Positions 51,501 through 64,000 of a stretch of DNA of 64,000 nt are shown piece after piece; position 1 is the first letter of the stretch; every line of letters begins with the position of its first letter. The notes beneath the pieces are model-generated. The model was not told where the DNA came from. It was given only the letters and a program-made list of their open reading frames with translations, and searched no databases. The DNA comes from Eledone cirrhosa (lineage: Eukaryota), in assembly GCA_964016885.1 (NCBI GenBank), contig OZ024745.1, positions 73,842,001 through 73,906,000 of the forward strand, read 5' to 3'. The position numbers and the translations under genes are program-made.

Positions 51501-52799
51501 ATAACGCGGAAAGTTAGTAAGGAATGTCCAGAATGCCATGCTTAGGTCAAAGTCAGTACATTATTGACAGTGGCTGTCAGATGAAAGGGGATGAGCAAAA
51601 GATGTGAATACATTAAGCTAACTTGAAGATGGTCTCGATAATGGGCTCCAGAAATATTTGCAAACGCTTTTGATTATTTCGTGAGGAAAGAGTGGAAAAA
51701 AGTGAGAGGGAATTCCCAGAGACGGTCAATAGCCAATAGAGGCAGATGACATAAAAAAAAACATGCATGCATACACACCCGTACTTACATATACATTTAA
51801 ATGTAAACTTATGCATACACTTATATATATATACAATGACTATAAGTAATACAACGATACTATTAGGCAAATACTCGAGTTTCATTAGCTTTATGCCAAC
51901 TCATTAAGTCTGCCATTTTATAATAGACTTACTTCCGGATAGGTTATTGATCATATAGGAGAATTCTAAATCTAAAGAGAGGTGATTAAGTGGGCTAAAG
52001 GTAGGTTGTTAAGGGTTATAGTAAACTTTGTAAGAGATAAGGAAGAGAACTCTAAAAAATAAAAAAATAAAAGGGAGTAATTTGTTTGATTATGGGGGAA
52101 TTCTGTAAGAGGTTAGGTAAAAACTCCAGAAAGATAAAAATAAAAGTAAAAATAAAAATAAAAGGGAGCTAACTTGCGTGCAGAGAGTAGGAACGTAACA
52201 GAGTTAAATCGATTTTTAGCCCGGCTGAGTCCATCCCTACAGAAAAAAACTTTGCTTCGTTCGTCCGAAACAGCATTAACGAATAAAAGTGAGTAAAAAA
52301 TATAAGTATAGAGATATAATCCTATATAGCCATGCATACAGGCAGTAAAATACAAAATGTTATATTTTATAAATATACTTATCTGCATATGGGTTAACCG
52401 AAGCTCCGAGAAAACACACACATTTATATATGCAAACATTAAACACTATCTTATTTATGTATTTCACCATAGATTGAAAAGTCTGAACAGCTTGATTTGG
52501 GTTTAGGTTCTTCTTCGAATCGTCACTAGAAGCTGTGTACATATCTCACAATCTACTGAGGAATATGTAACTAAAATCTTTATAAACACCTCATTTCTGA
52601 AAGTAACAGAGAATTTGATGTGCCTATATGTATGCATTTAAATAAAACACATATCATAGACCCATGGTGAAAGTCTTTCCAACTCTATCCAATTATTTTT
52701 ACAATTATAATCATGTAAATAATTAAATCTGATACAATAGTTTAATGTAAAGTTTAGGGTTATTCGTTATCCTAAATGAACTTGTTTGAAAACAATAGA

Positions 52800-53990
52800 A
52801 ATGGACAAATCAAAGCTTTATCAGCACATATTTTTACGGCGAGCTGTAAAGCAAAGGACATTAGGTGTTTCAAACAATTGAACGACAGAGTGGTAGCTGC
52901 TCTGTGATAGAGATGCAAGAAACTGTAGAACCTATAATCTGGCAAAATGATTCTATTGAGCAACTGTTTCAAGTCCATACAACTATAAAAATGAGATTTA
53001 TTTCAGCTTGACCATGCATGACATCGTGGTTCACAAATGGAATTTCTTGAACCTAAATAATTGTTTCTACTTTTGGCACAAGGCCAGCAATTACCACAGT
53101 GCGTGACTAGTACTTTATTTTATCGACCCCGTAAGGATGAAAGGCAAAATTAACCTCGGCGGGATTTGAACCCAGACAGTAAGGGGCCGTAACTCTATGC
53201 TGGAAAGCATAGCATCCGACCCTCTACCGATACTGCCAAACCATGGGAGTTTACTTACAGTACTTATTCTTCGAGCGAAGAGAAAACTGACAAGACAATA
53301 TAGAACTAGTAAATCATTATTGTCTCAAGCCTTTACTAATACTTGTGAGATAGGGAAGAGATATGTCATACATTTATGACATATGTCAGAAATAAATCAT
53401 ATGAAACGTGATGATGACTGTAATAAATAATGTAATTAACTAAGTTATAATGTATACTGTAATCCGGTAACTAATTAAATTTCATGTAATGGTTGAATGT
53501 AAATTTTCTCATTTTACGTTGTAATCTTTCAATGGAAACAAAACTAGACATCGCCACGTTATTGTACAGCAACTGTAATTCTATGACCAATTCTAAACAA
53601 GTAGCTCCCTCTACAGTTACATGACATTACCTTTCCACATCAACATGATATACTGCTTTAGTTACTAATGGCTGACACAAACGTGATAACGAGATTCATT
53701 TACTCGAAATAATTACTAAAAAAACACGTGCAGAGTATATAATTTTATCTTTACGTAGCATTCTTATTAACTATGTACCCTATCTTTCCAAACTTCATTT
53801 CTTCTTCATGGGAAAAGTGAGTATTGGAAGTCTAAATTAAATATATTTTTCGGCTTTTTTTAACCTGTGAAACTGCAAACTCAACATATATTTTACTTAT
53901 TTATTAACAATTATTATTCGTGGTTTGACAAATACACTGAATTTAAAATTCTTACCCAAAAAAGAAAGAAGCGCTTCTTTGAAAACTCAC
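52800..53990 (+). repeat. Segmental duplication, copy 2
   Basis: Matches 46340-47650. Confidence 0.9.
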
Positions 53991-54601
53991 GAAAATATTC
54001 AAGATTATAAATGCAGTTATTAAACGACTGGATGTTATTTAAAACCTTTTATTGCAAGTTTCATATATTTTTGTAAGTAAACCTCTTTAGTTGTATACTT
54101 GTGAATCAATTATCATTGTCATCGTTCGAATGATCCGCCACAATCTTTCTCCACCCATTGCAGATTTCATAATCAGTTAAGTTGTCACTATTGTGCGATT
54201 AGTTGGTATTATCGGTGGGATTTGCATCACTAGGCGCAATTTGAACTCAGGATGCAAAGTAACAGAACATGCTGAAGATTCCAAAAGTCCACTCACTTGG
54301 AGAGCTACATCATTTTAATGACTTAAATGAGTGAAATACATTAGCAATGTAATAGTCAAAATAAAATAGAGAAAGGCGGCCAAAATGACAGGATGAGAGA
54401 GACACTCGCCCCCACTCGCAAAACACAAACAAACACCGAACCTCAGACACATATCCCAGCATACAATGTATAGAACATGCATATTGAAGCTTCTGTAATC
54501 ATCTATCTCTTCCCAGTCACCTCGCCCACACAGCAATACATTCTTCACTAATTATCACTGTGTATATATATATTAGAATTGCGGAGCTGAAAATGCATTA
54601 G

Positions 54602-54744
<143 letters not shown>

Positions 54745-54854
54745 GTAAGTACGCCTGTAATAGTAGTTATACACTTAACACACACACTCTTATATATATA
54801 TATATATAAGAGTGTGTGTGTTAGGTGTATAACTACTATTACAGGCGTACTTAC

Positions 54855-54913
<59 letters not shown>

Positions 54914-55329
54914 GAATATAAATTAGCGAGAATCGTATTTCGGCTATTGGAAATTAGCGAAAAACAACTTCCGAGATGTGTGGCAAGCGCTCAATAAATT
55001 CTAACGAACCAGAGCTACAACATACGTTAAAAGGCCAAACACACTGAAACGATGGTTAAACCATTATCCACACAGCCATAGAAACGACCAAGTAATTCGG
55101 GTCAAACAAATAAAAAAATGTGATTGAAAAATATATATATATACTGTAGGTATATAGTTCCTTTGGTAGGGTAGCAGACATTTTCAGCTCCGCAATTCTA
55201 ATGAATTTTAACAAGAGTAAAACTTTTTAAATTCTTCAGTTTTCTCAGCGTTAACATGTACATTTTACATATTAAGTCCATTATCCATCAGACGTGAATA
55301 GATAATGGACTTAACATGTAAAATGTACA

Positions 55330-55715
55330 GGAGACTAAATCAAAGAGCACAAATTGCAGGAGCTAGTGCAGTAATGCGCCATCTTCAGCATTCGCTTAAC
55401 AGAAGGCTCGGTTGGTGTTATTGCCAAACTCTCTGTCTTCAATTTAGTATGTGTGCCAACCATTATGAATCTTGGATAATGACCGAAAGAATACGATCGC
55501 GAATACAAGCGACCGAAATAGGATTCCTCCGAAGGGTCTTTGGAGTAATGTTAAACGATAGAGTGCATAGGTCGGAGATCAACGAGTCACTTCAGTTAGA
55601 GCCAGTACTTCTCCGAATTCAGAGATCACAGCTCCGATACTATGAGCATGTGGTTAGGATGTCTCCGGAAAGAATGGCTGGAGAGATTTTACCGACCAAA
55701 CCAACAAAGTATTAG
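55330..55715 (+). pseudogene. RTE-clade LINE ORF C-terminal fragment
   Basis: YESW...RIQATEIGFLRRVFGV...RIQRSQLRYYEHVVRM. Confidence 0.85.
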
Positions 55716-55969
55716 GAAACACTAGACGAGATTTTTTGAAATTCGAAGAAACATTTATTATACAATAAGGTCTCTAACACGGGTTTTAATGTATTTATGC
55801 CATCGCCTACGAAAGCTGGATTTTTACATAATCCATAACCCACTATCTGGCACTGATTAGTATAAGTCTACTTATACTAACTGGTAAGCGGTCCCTTCCA
55901 TTTTCGTTACGCATATACATTTTACATAAACACGAAATAGCCTAGATAAAACGGATACTTCCATTTCTT

Positions 55970-56014
<45 letters not shown>

Positions 56015-56079
56015 ACACACACATACATATACATATATATATATATACATATATATTGTATATACACACACGCGCACAT

Positions 56080-56138
<59 letters not shown>

Positions 56139-56509
56139 GTGTGTGTGTGTGTGTGTGTGTGTATTGATTTTAATTTTTTTACTCAGGTATAAGAGACGTC
56201 AATTAACAAGATAGAATATACGAGCACCACAAGCCCCTACCAACCAGCGTTGCCCAAACGCCGACCTGTTTGTTACTTCACATGTTTTGTTGATTTTTTT
56301 GTGTGTGTTTGCTCATATACTCTGTTCTTATTTCCCTACTTTAGAAAATGGGAAAATAATTGGAAGTCTTTCAATTCAATTTGCTTATTGTGCTAGCATA
56401 CCTTCTTATTTCACATTATATAGATTTGATGCAGTGAATGATACGTAATTATATATATACTTTTGTATACACATAAGTTATTCACACACACACACACTAC
56501 ACACACACA

Positions 56510-56583
<74 letters not shown>

Positions 56584-56600
56584 ACACACACATATATATT

Positions 56601-56710
<110 letters not shown>

Positions 56711-56754
56711 CTATGATAGCTATGAAAAATGTATATACACACAAATATATATAT

Positions 56755-58023
56755 GGTAAATTTCTTTAAGTCGTTTGGAAGCCCCGACAATGCAGATGGG
56801 TAAATCTCCGGGTAACAAGATCCGGTGGTGGAGAGAGAGATGTAAGTGGGTTTACATACAGATGCGTGGCGTGTATAAGACTGTAACGTGTAGAGGAATG
56901 AAGGAAAGAGCGTAAAGGATAAAAATAAAAATAACAACACGAGAAAGAGTTACCTTGGGAGAGATTTAATTGTCCCTATATATTTAGGATTCCCATCTAT
57001 CAACGGGTTTTTTTCCGGGGAGGGGGATAGGTTGTCTTTCGGAAAGGTGCGAAACGTGTCCTTCGCTGTTCGTTGTTTTGAATATCTGAGGTATTCAGCA
57101 GAGCGCGCGTGCGCGTGAAATGGGTCGGCCAGGCAGAGGTCAGCGGCCGAAGTAGTTCTTTAAATTGTGGGAGTGGGGTGGCGCTAGCTGTCAGTCCATT
57201 CTCTGCCTGTTTGGTGAATGTTACTGTGTGTGTGTGTGTGCGTGTGTTGTTGTCTCGCTTGAGTGTGTGTGTGTGTGTGTGCGTGTGTTGTTGCCTTGTT
57301 CCTCTGTATTGGCAGTGTAGTATGTTCTTATGGTGGAATGCTACTGTGTGTGTGTGTTGCTGTCTCGCTTGTGTGTGTGTGTGCGTGTGTTGCTGCATCG
57401 TTTGTTAACTTAAACCAACCACCTCATTTCGCTTCTCTCGGATCGGTTGTTTAATTGTGGCACTGGGCGTTTGATCCAAAGTGTTTCCTTGATACGTAAC
57501 GTGCCGACGTTTCTTTCTGTCTTTAGAATTGTGACAATGGGTCTCCCTCAGAGACTGCCCGATGCGCCATGAGAACTGTTGCCTACGCACATACGTCGTG
57601 TATAAGATAGTGCAACCAATACTATATAGGTAGCACAATCCGGCCGTTGCACATCCGGATCAAGGAACACACTAAAACCAGGGCCTCGTCTTTCCGGAAA
57701 CACATAGCCAAATGCGGAAACAAAGACGGAAGGCCCATTGTCACAATTCTAGCGACAGAAAGAAACGTCGGCACGTTACGTATCAAGGAAGCACTTTGGA
57801 TCAAACGCCTAAGGCCACAATTAAACAACCGATCCGAGAGAAGCGAAATGAGGTGGTTGGTTTAAGTTAACAAACGATGCAGCAACACACGCACACACAC
57901 AAGCGAGACAGCAACACACGCACACACACACACACAGTAGCATTCCACCATACGAACATACTACACTGCCAATACAGAGGAACAAGGCAACAACACACAC
58001 ACACACACTCAAGCGAGACAACA

Positions 58024-58056
<33 letters not shown>

Positions 58057-58514
58057 GTAACATTCACCAAACAGGCAGAGAATGGACTGACAGCTACGCC
58101 ACCCCACTCCCACAATTTAAAGAACTACTTCGGCCGCTGACCTCTGCCTGACCGACCCCATTTCACGCACACGCGCGCTCTGCTGAATACCTCAGATATT
58201 CAAAACAACGAACAGCGGAGGACACGTTTCGTACCTTTCCGACAGACAAGGAAAAAACCCCAGTTGATGGATGTTAATCCGAAATATATAGGGACAATTA
58301 AATCTCTCCCAAGGTAACTCTTTCTCGTGTTGTTATTTTTATTTTTATCCTTTACGCTCTTTCCTTCATTCCTCTACACGTTACAGTCTTATACACGCCA
58401 CGCATCTCAACGTACACCCACTTACATCTCTCTCGCTCCCCCACCGGATCTTGTTACCCGGAGATTTACCCATCTGCATTGTCGGGGCTTCCAAACGACT
58501 TAAAGAAATTTACC
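56755..58514. mobile_element. Penelope-like element 3' end with an inverted copy of about 785 bp
   Basis: Arms 56755-57541 and 57734-58514; centre encodes VVYKI / CNQYYIGSTIRPLHIRIKEH...EALWIKRLRPQLN (GIY-YIG). Confidence 0.85.
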
Positions 58515-58553
58515 TTATTATTCCACAATGCTTCAAGCAAACTTCAATACTCT

Positions 58554-58591
<38 letters not shown>

Positions 58592-58976
58592 TGCGCATGT
58601 GTGTGCATGTGAATATTTGTGTTATATACTTTGTTTACTCTAATATAATTCTAAATTTATCTACAATAAACTAACAATGATTTATCAAAATTTAACTGCT
58701 GTGTATTTCTATTTACCATATTTCATTATTACTGGTTTCAACGCAAATTGAATTATTCGCTCGCCCATACGTGTTTATTTAATCTACAAACTGAGTTCTT
58801 TCATAAGGATCTACATAACTTCCACAAACGAAGTTGAAACGTTGAACAAAGCCAAAATAACGTATTTGTATTGCATGCAATGTTTATGGTTTAGTTGCAA
58901 CACATCATCTCATCTTTGTTTATCATATTTATATTTAAACGTATTTACTTAATTAGTATACGTATATAAATATCAT

Positions 58977-59405
58977 GTGGCTTAGTGATTAGAGCGTTAA
59001 GCTTGCAATCGAGAGATTGTGAGCTCGATTCTCGGACCGGGTGTTGCGTTGCGTCTTTGAATAAGACACTTTATTTCATGTTGCTCCACTTCACTGCCCT
59101 GGACAGGGGTTGGCACGTCACTGGTACAAAGCTGTATCAGCTTATACTTTTTCATTGGACAACATCGTATATAGTGTATAGTATAAATGGTGCGTATTAC
59201 AGTGTATATACAGTAAATACATAATGTATATGTATATGTTGTAATGTCACTAGTGCCAAGTTATATTGGCCTTTGCCTTTCCCTTGGACAACATCGGTGG
59301 CGCAGAGAGGTAAGATTGGCATATATGGTCGACTGCCTGTCTTCCACAAACACACCTAGAAAGTTTCAAGGTGCAATACCATGGTCATTTGTGACTGAAG
59401 GGGGC
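58977..59405 (+). mobile_element. SINE family B
   Basis: TGGCTTAGTGATTAGAGC, GAGCTCGATTCTC, AAGACACTTTATTTCA. Confidence 0.8.
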
Positions 59406-59614
59406 CTCAAAATAAATGTATACGTTAATTATTTAAACCTATTAATGACATATATCGACATATTTACTTCTAAAAAAGATCAAGCTAAACCAATGCATTT
59501 TCATTGTTATATATAAAATGTTTGTGTATTTAATAAACATATATATTTTTGTTATTAAATAGACAAACATTTTATATATAACAAAGAAAACGCATATATA
59601 TATATTTGTTGCGA

Positions 59615-59938
59615 AAGCGCGTGACTTTGTGGTTAAGGTATTCGGCTCTCAATCGTAAGGTTTAGAGTTCGATTCCCAGCGGAGCGTTCTGTCCTTGAGC
59701 AAGACACTTTATTTCACGTTGCTCCAGTCCACTCAGCTGGCAAACATGAGTTCTACCTGTAATTCGAATGGCCAGTCTTGTCACGTTCGGTGTAACGCTG
59801 AATCTACCTGAGAACTACATTAAGGGTACGCGTGTCTGAGGTATGCTCAGCCACTTGCACATTAATTTCCTGGGCATGCTGTTCCATTGATCGGATCAAT
59901 TGGAACTCTCCTCGTCGTAACCGACGGAATGCCAGTAA
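59615..59938 (+). mobile_element. SINE family B-related
   Basis: GAGTTCGATTCC B box and TCCTTGAGCAAGACACTTTATTTCACGTTGCTCCAG; a diverged relative lies at about 19420-19730. Confidence 0.8.
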
Positions 59939-59944
59939 AAGAAA

Positions 59945-60028
<84 letters not shown>

Positions 60029-60034
60029 ATAATA

Positions 60035-61775
60035 ATAGATTTGAAGACTAAAATCCAAAGAGGGCTCGATAAGGAAGACAGGAACACGATACTTTGGTTC
60101 GTGGAAACGTTCCCTGGCAAAGAACGGGAAAAAACGAATATAATACGTCATTAATAGGAGCGGTGAAAAACAGTTACACGCAAAGACAGAACCACGTTTA
60201 TGGTATAAAAGAAGTCGCATTATATGGTATAACCCACCATATAATATGGAGGTGACCACACCATTAGCTAAGATCTTTCTATCCCTTATTACGAAGCATT
60301 TTTCCCCTACACATAAACATAGTAAATTTTTTAATAGAAATACTATTAAAATTTCTTACTCTACGACTCCTAACCTTGCACATAGCATCACAGCTTCAAA
60401 TTTAGCTAAACTACCTAGCCGTAGGAACACGTGCAACCCTGTAGTTAGTACTAACTGTAATTGTAGGAATCGGGTTGATTGCCCCCTATCCGGGAAATGC
60501 CTCTCTAGTAACATTGTCTACAAATGTAAGGTTGAAACACCCACGTCCCGTAGAGCCTACATAGGGATAACCGCCAATAGATTCAAGCAGCGTCTTTACA
60601 TGCATACCCATTCTTTTCGTTACCCTCTAAGAAGGAATATGACGTCACTTTCAGCTTATATTTGGAGTCTAAAAGACAACCACACCCAATATAAGTTACA
60701 CTGGGAGCTCCTAGCTAGGGCTAGATCGTATAACGGAAATAAAAGACCATGTGACCTCTGCGCCGCTGAGGCCCCGGAAATACTCTACGCCACAGACCAC
60801 ATCTTAAACAAAAAATCTGAGGCAATTTCGGCTTGTAAACATAAATTGCACAAAACTTTCCTGTATTACAGCCCCACATTATACCCTAACGGATAGTAAG
60901 ATCTATACGTGTATATTTTACGTCTTGATGTGGTAGCTAAGTATATGTTATGTTTATACCATTACTTATTTGCATATATTACCTGTATGTTTTGTGAAGG
61001 TACGTATACTTTCTCGTACGTATATTTGATTGTATATGTTATGGCGTATATTTTTATATATTCTGGTACATATGCTTTTGGTTATGTGTATACGGGAGTT
61101 TTGCGTCTGTGTGAGTATGCGGGTTCGTACGTATGTTGGGTGTGTGTATATGTGTACTTCATGTTTTGGTTGACGTACGTCTCCGAACATGTGTGTATTT
61201 ACATGTAGGTATGTGTGTGCGCTTGTTATATACGTATTTATTTATTTATATACGTTTATTTAATTACTTATTTATTTGTATACACGCACACACACACACA
61301 TATGTATATGTGCGTGGTTTTGTATACCTATGGCGAGTGTTTTCGCGTATACTTGTGTATGTAGGTATTTGGATGCGTGTATGTATTTATTTAATTTCAA
61401 TTACCTCTGTATTGTATTTTATTTACTTTATTCTTAACTCTGAAGCGGAGAATCATTCGGTTTCCTAGTTAGAATTTTAGTCTACGACTTCAGCTATACC
61501 ATTTACGTGGTTTTGTCTTTGCTTGCAATTGTTCTCCACGCTCCACATATGACGTATTATCTTCGATTTTCTCCGTTCCTTGCCAGAGAACGTCTCTCTG
61601 AACCACCTAAGAGAACATTAGTCTACGACTTCTTTTATACCATAAACGTGGTTCTGTCTTTGCTTGTAATTGTTTTACACCGCTCCTATTAATGACGTAT
61701 TATATTCGTTTTTTTCCCGTTCTTTGCCAGGGAACGTTTCCACGAACCAAAGTATCGTCTTCCTGTCTTCCTCCG
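60035..61775 (+). mobile_element. 5'-truncated Penelope-like element with an inverted terminal repeat
   Basis: 60073-60217 is the reverse complement of 61626-61771; encloses a GIY-YIG ORF; preceded by (TA)n. Confidence 0.85.
60246..60896 (+). CDS. PLE linker plus GIY-YIG endonuclease (open frame, RT missing)
   Basis: KFFNRNTIKISYS; CNCRNRVDCPLSGKC; IVY...YIG; FKQR...H; CDLC; LNKKSE...CKH. Confidence 0.8.
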   Translation: MEVTTPLAKIFLSLITKHFSPTHKHSKFFNRNTIKISYSTTPNLAHSITASNLAKLPSRRNTCNPVVSTNCNCRNRVDCPLSGKCLSSNIVYKCKVETPTSRRAYIGITANRFKQRLYMHTHSFRYPLRRNMTSLSAYIWSLKDNHTQYKLHWELLARARSYNGNKRPCDLCAAEAPEILYATDHILNKKSEAISACKHKLHKTFLYYSPTLYPNG

Positions 61776-61812
61776 GTTGCAATGTTTTTTTAAATATCCA
61801 CTTCTGCGTTTA

Positions 61813-61886
61813 CAGATTGACTTTGTTAGTTTCAGAAGATCCCGTTAAGGGTGAAAGCAGCGATTCTTTGCTTAAACTTTAATCTG
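61813..61886 (+). ncRNA. Variant hammerhead-like fold (CAGAAGA core, bulged stem I)
   Basis: CAGATTGA ctttgtt AGTTT CAGAAGA T CCC GTTAA GGG T GAAA GCA gcgattctt TGC TT AAACT TTAATCTG. Confidence 0.55.
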
Positions 61887-61894
61887 TTATTTTA

Positions 61895-61929
<35 letters not shown>

Positions 61930-62199
61930 TATTTTTTTATTTTTTTTATTATATGAGATTTTCTTTCATGCTTACCAATTCGAACGTTGAACACCAACTA
62001 TTTATATTTTTTACAATGAAATACTAAACAAATGACGTCTCTTTATTTCATTTTGTACACATACCATCTTACTATTAACTGCGAGGATCGTTAACGTAAT
62101 GTGATATTATACATTATCAGCACTGATTTATAACAAAACTCTCCCACTGATAGAAAGAGGACAGGTGATGGATAAACATCCAGAATAACGTGCCTGGCA

Positions 62200-62610
62200 T
62201 TCCTACTGGCTATTGAGATAGCTGTGAAAGGATCACTGCTTAAAATATTCAAAGATAAGTTCTCATATACACCCCTAATATGAACCATGAATTTGGAGGT
62301 CTTTAGACTTTGAAGCAAAGCACCTGATGTTAAAAAGCTTTCATGAGTAGCAATACCTGATGAAGAATCTTTATTAGAATCCTTAAATACACCAATTAGA
62401 ACCACAAAGAAAAGGAGTCGCGAGATCACCCTGGTTAAAATAATGTTTTTATAACTTTGACTGGCTCTGAAATGATACCTCCAATATTTACCCAAGTTTA
62501 CATGTCACGCACGAAAAGCTTTCAGTATGGTAACAATGTATTCCGGGCACCCTAAATTGTTAGAGATCTTCAACTTTTGGTAAATTCCACAAAACCTGCT
62601 ATAGGTTCAG
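62200..62610 (-). pseudogene. RTE/BovB-like RT fragment
   Basis: LGCPEYIVTILKSF, WVNIGGIISEPVKV and QGD across frameshifts. Confidence 0.55.
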
Positions 62611-63010
62611 TTCTTCATTCATAACTTTTTTTTTGTTTTGATTTTTGGATTTGACGTGTTGTAAAGATCATATCAATAGTGTCTCTACTGGAGCGGAAAC
62701 CTCATTGTGATTCTATGAGAAATCATGCATGAACTAGTTCTAGAAATACAGCGAGAAGGTGAAATGCGGGAATTATAAAACAATAGCTTTTCCCCGTGCT
62801 GCAGGGAAAATTCTTGCATTATTCCTGCTTTCAAGACTAAATGATAATATATCAAATCTGATCTTATCAAAATGATACATACACGCAACACATACACACA
62901 CATATTCACACACTCACAAACACACACACATACATACACATACAAACACACACGCACACACAAATACACAAATATTAACCCCCCCACATACAAACACACA
63001 CACACACATG

Positions 63011-63041
<31 letters not shown>

Positions 63042-63671
63042 GTGTGTGTGTGTGTGTGTGTGCACGCGCGCGTGTGAGGGAATAATGAATAAGACGAACA
63101 TGCATCGGAGGACTGTCCTGCATTGTATACATACAAATAGATATCGATGTCTTAATATTGCGAGTGGGGAAAAAACCGAAACTATCCTCACAATTTCAAG
63201 TCCAAAAGCCCCTTTATGGGTGTTTGGCCATGAAAACAGGCAAGGGAGATAACTCCGAGAATTTGGTTGATCAAAGCCTTTTGGAACACTTTAAGACGAT
63301 GCAGTGGAAGTGAACCTTATCTATAAGCCAACTTAGAAAGAGCAACTGTTATGTTTCAATCTCAGATATTCTCAGCGAAGCATATTAAGTGTGCACGTTA
63401 GCATGACTGAAAATAGTTAGAGTTAGATATATGAAAGGAGAAAGGAATAATGTGCCTATTACACATTTAGATAAAGAGTAGTATGCTCTGCATAAAGAGA
63501 ACCTCTGTGTGTGTGTAACTCATATATAATCCAAAGGTGTTATTACACGATTTATTTCATTACGAATTTACATTCACACCATGTGATGAAATATTGATGA
63601 ATGTAGGCTCCAAGCATTGCTATGAAACGAAACATGTAAAATATCCTGTTTTGGACGGTGATATGAAACGG

Positions 63672-63950
63672 CAAGACGCGATTCACCTAATACCCCCAAT
63701 TACGCGAATCATATAATACCCTAATTACGCGAATCACCTAATACCCAGAACTACGCGGATACTAAATACCTCCAAGTACGCGAATCAACTAATATCCCCA
63801 TTTACACGAGCCAGCTAATACTCTCAATTACGCGAATCTCCTAATACTTCCAATTACGCGAATCACCTAATACCCTAATTACGCGAATCTCCTGATGCCC
63901 AATTACGCGAATCACCTAATACCCCGATTACGTGAATCACCTAATATCCT
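63672..63950 (+). repeat. Minisatellite, unit of about 24-25 bp, about 11 copies
   Basis: Consensus AATTACGCGAATCACCTAATACCC. Confidence 0.9.
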
Positions 63951-64000
63951 CGATAACCTTTCCTCTCATCTCCCAATTTATATACAGTGCCGATAGTATT

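Overview
AT-rich, microsatellite-laden eukaryotic DNA. The tRNA-derived SINE families and repeat content suggest a cephalopod (Octopus-like) genome; this is an inference. No host protein-coding gene is confidently recognisable, and the window is almost entirely transposable-element derived. It holds an L1/Tx1 LINE 3' end, a near-complete but broken CRE-clade retrotransposon with an N-terminal PHD-like finger, R4/Dong and RTE fragments, a decayed autonomous Helitron with 23-aa STPR-like repeats plus non-autonomous Helitrons, mariner fragments and two SINE families. The main hidden signal is a dense set of Penelope-like element (PLE) ends, mostly sitting in (TA)n tracts, often with an inverted 5' copy, and carrying type I hammerhead ribozyme folds read by eye. 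Five have an unmutated core and a paired stem I, one has a compensatory U3-A8 core, a CAGAAGA-core variant is identical in two copies 40 kb apart, and several are degenerate. Element boundaries are approximate unless a motif is quoted.
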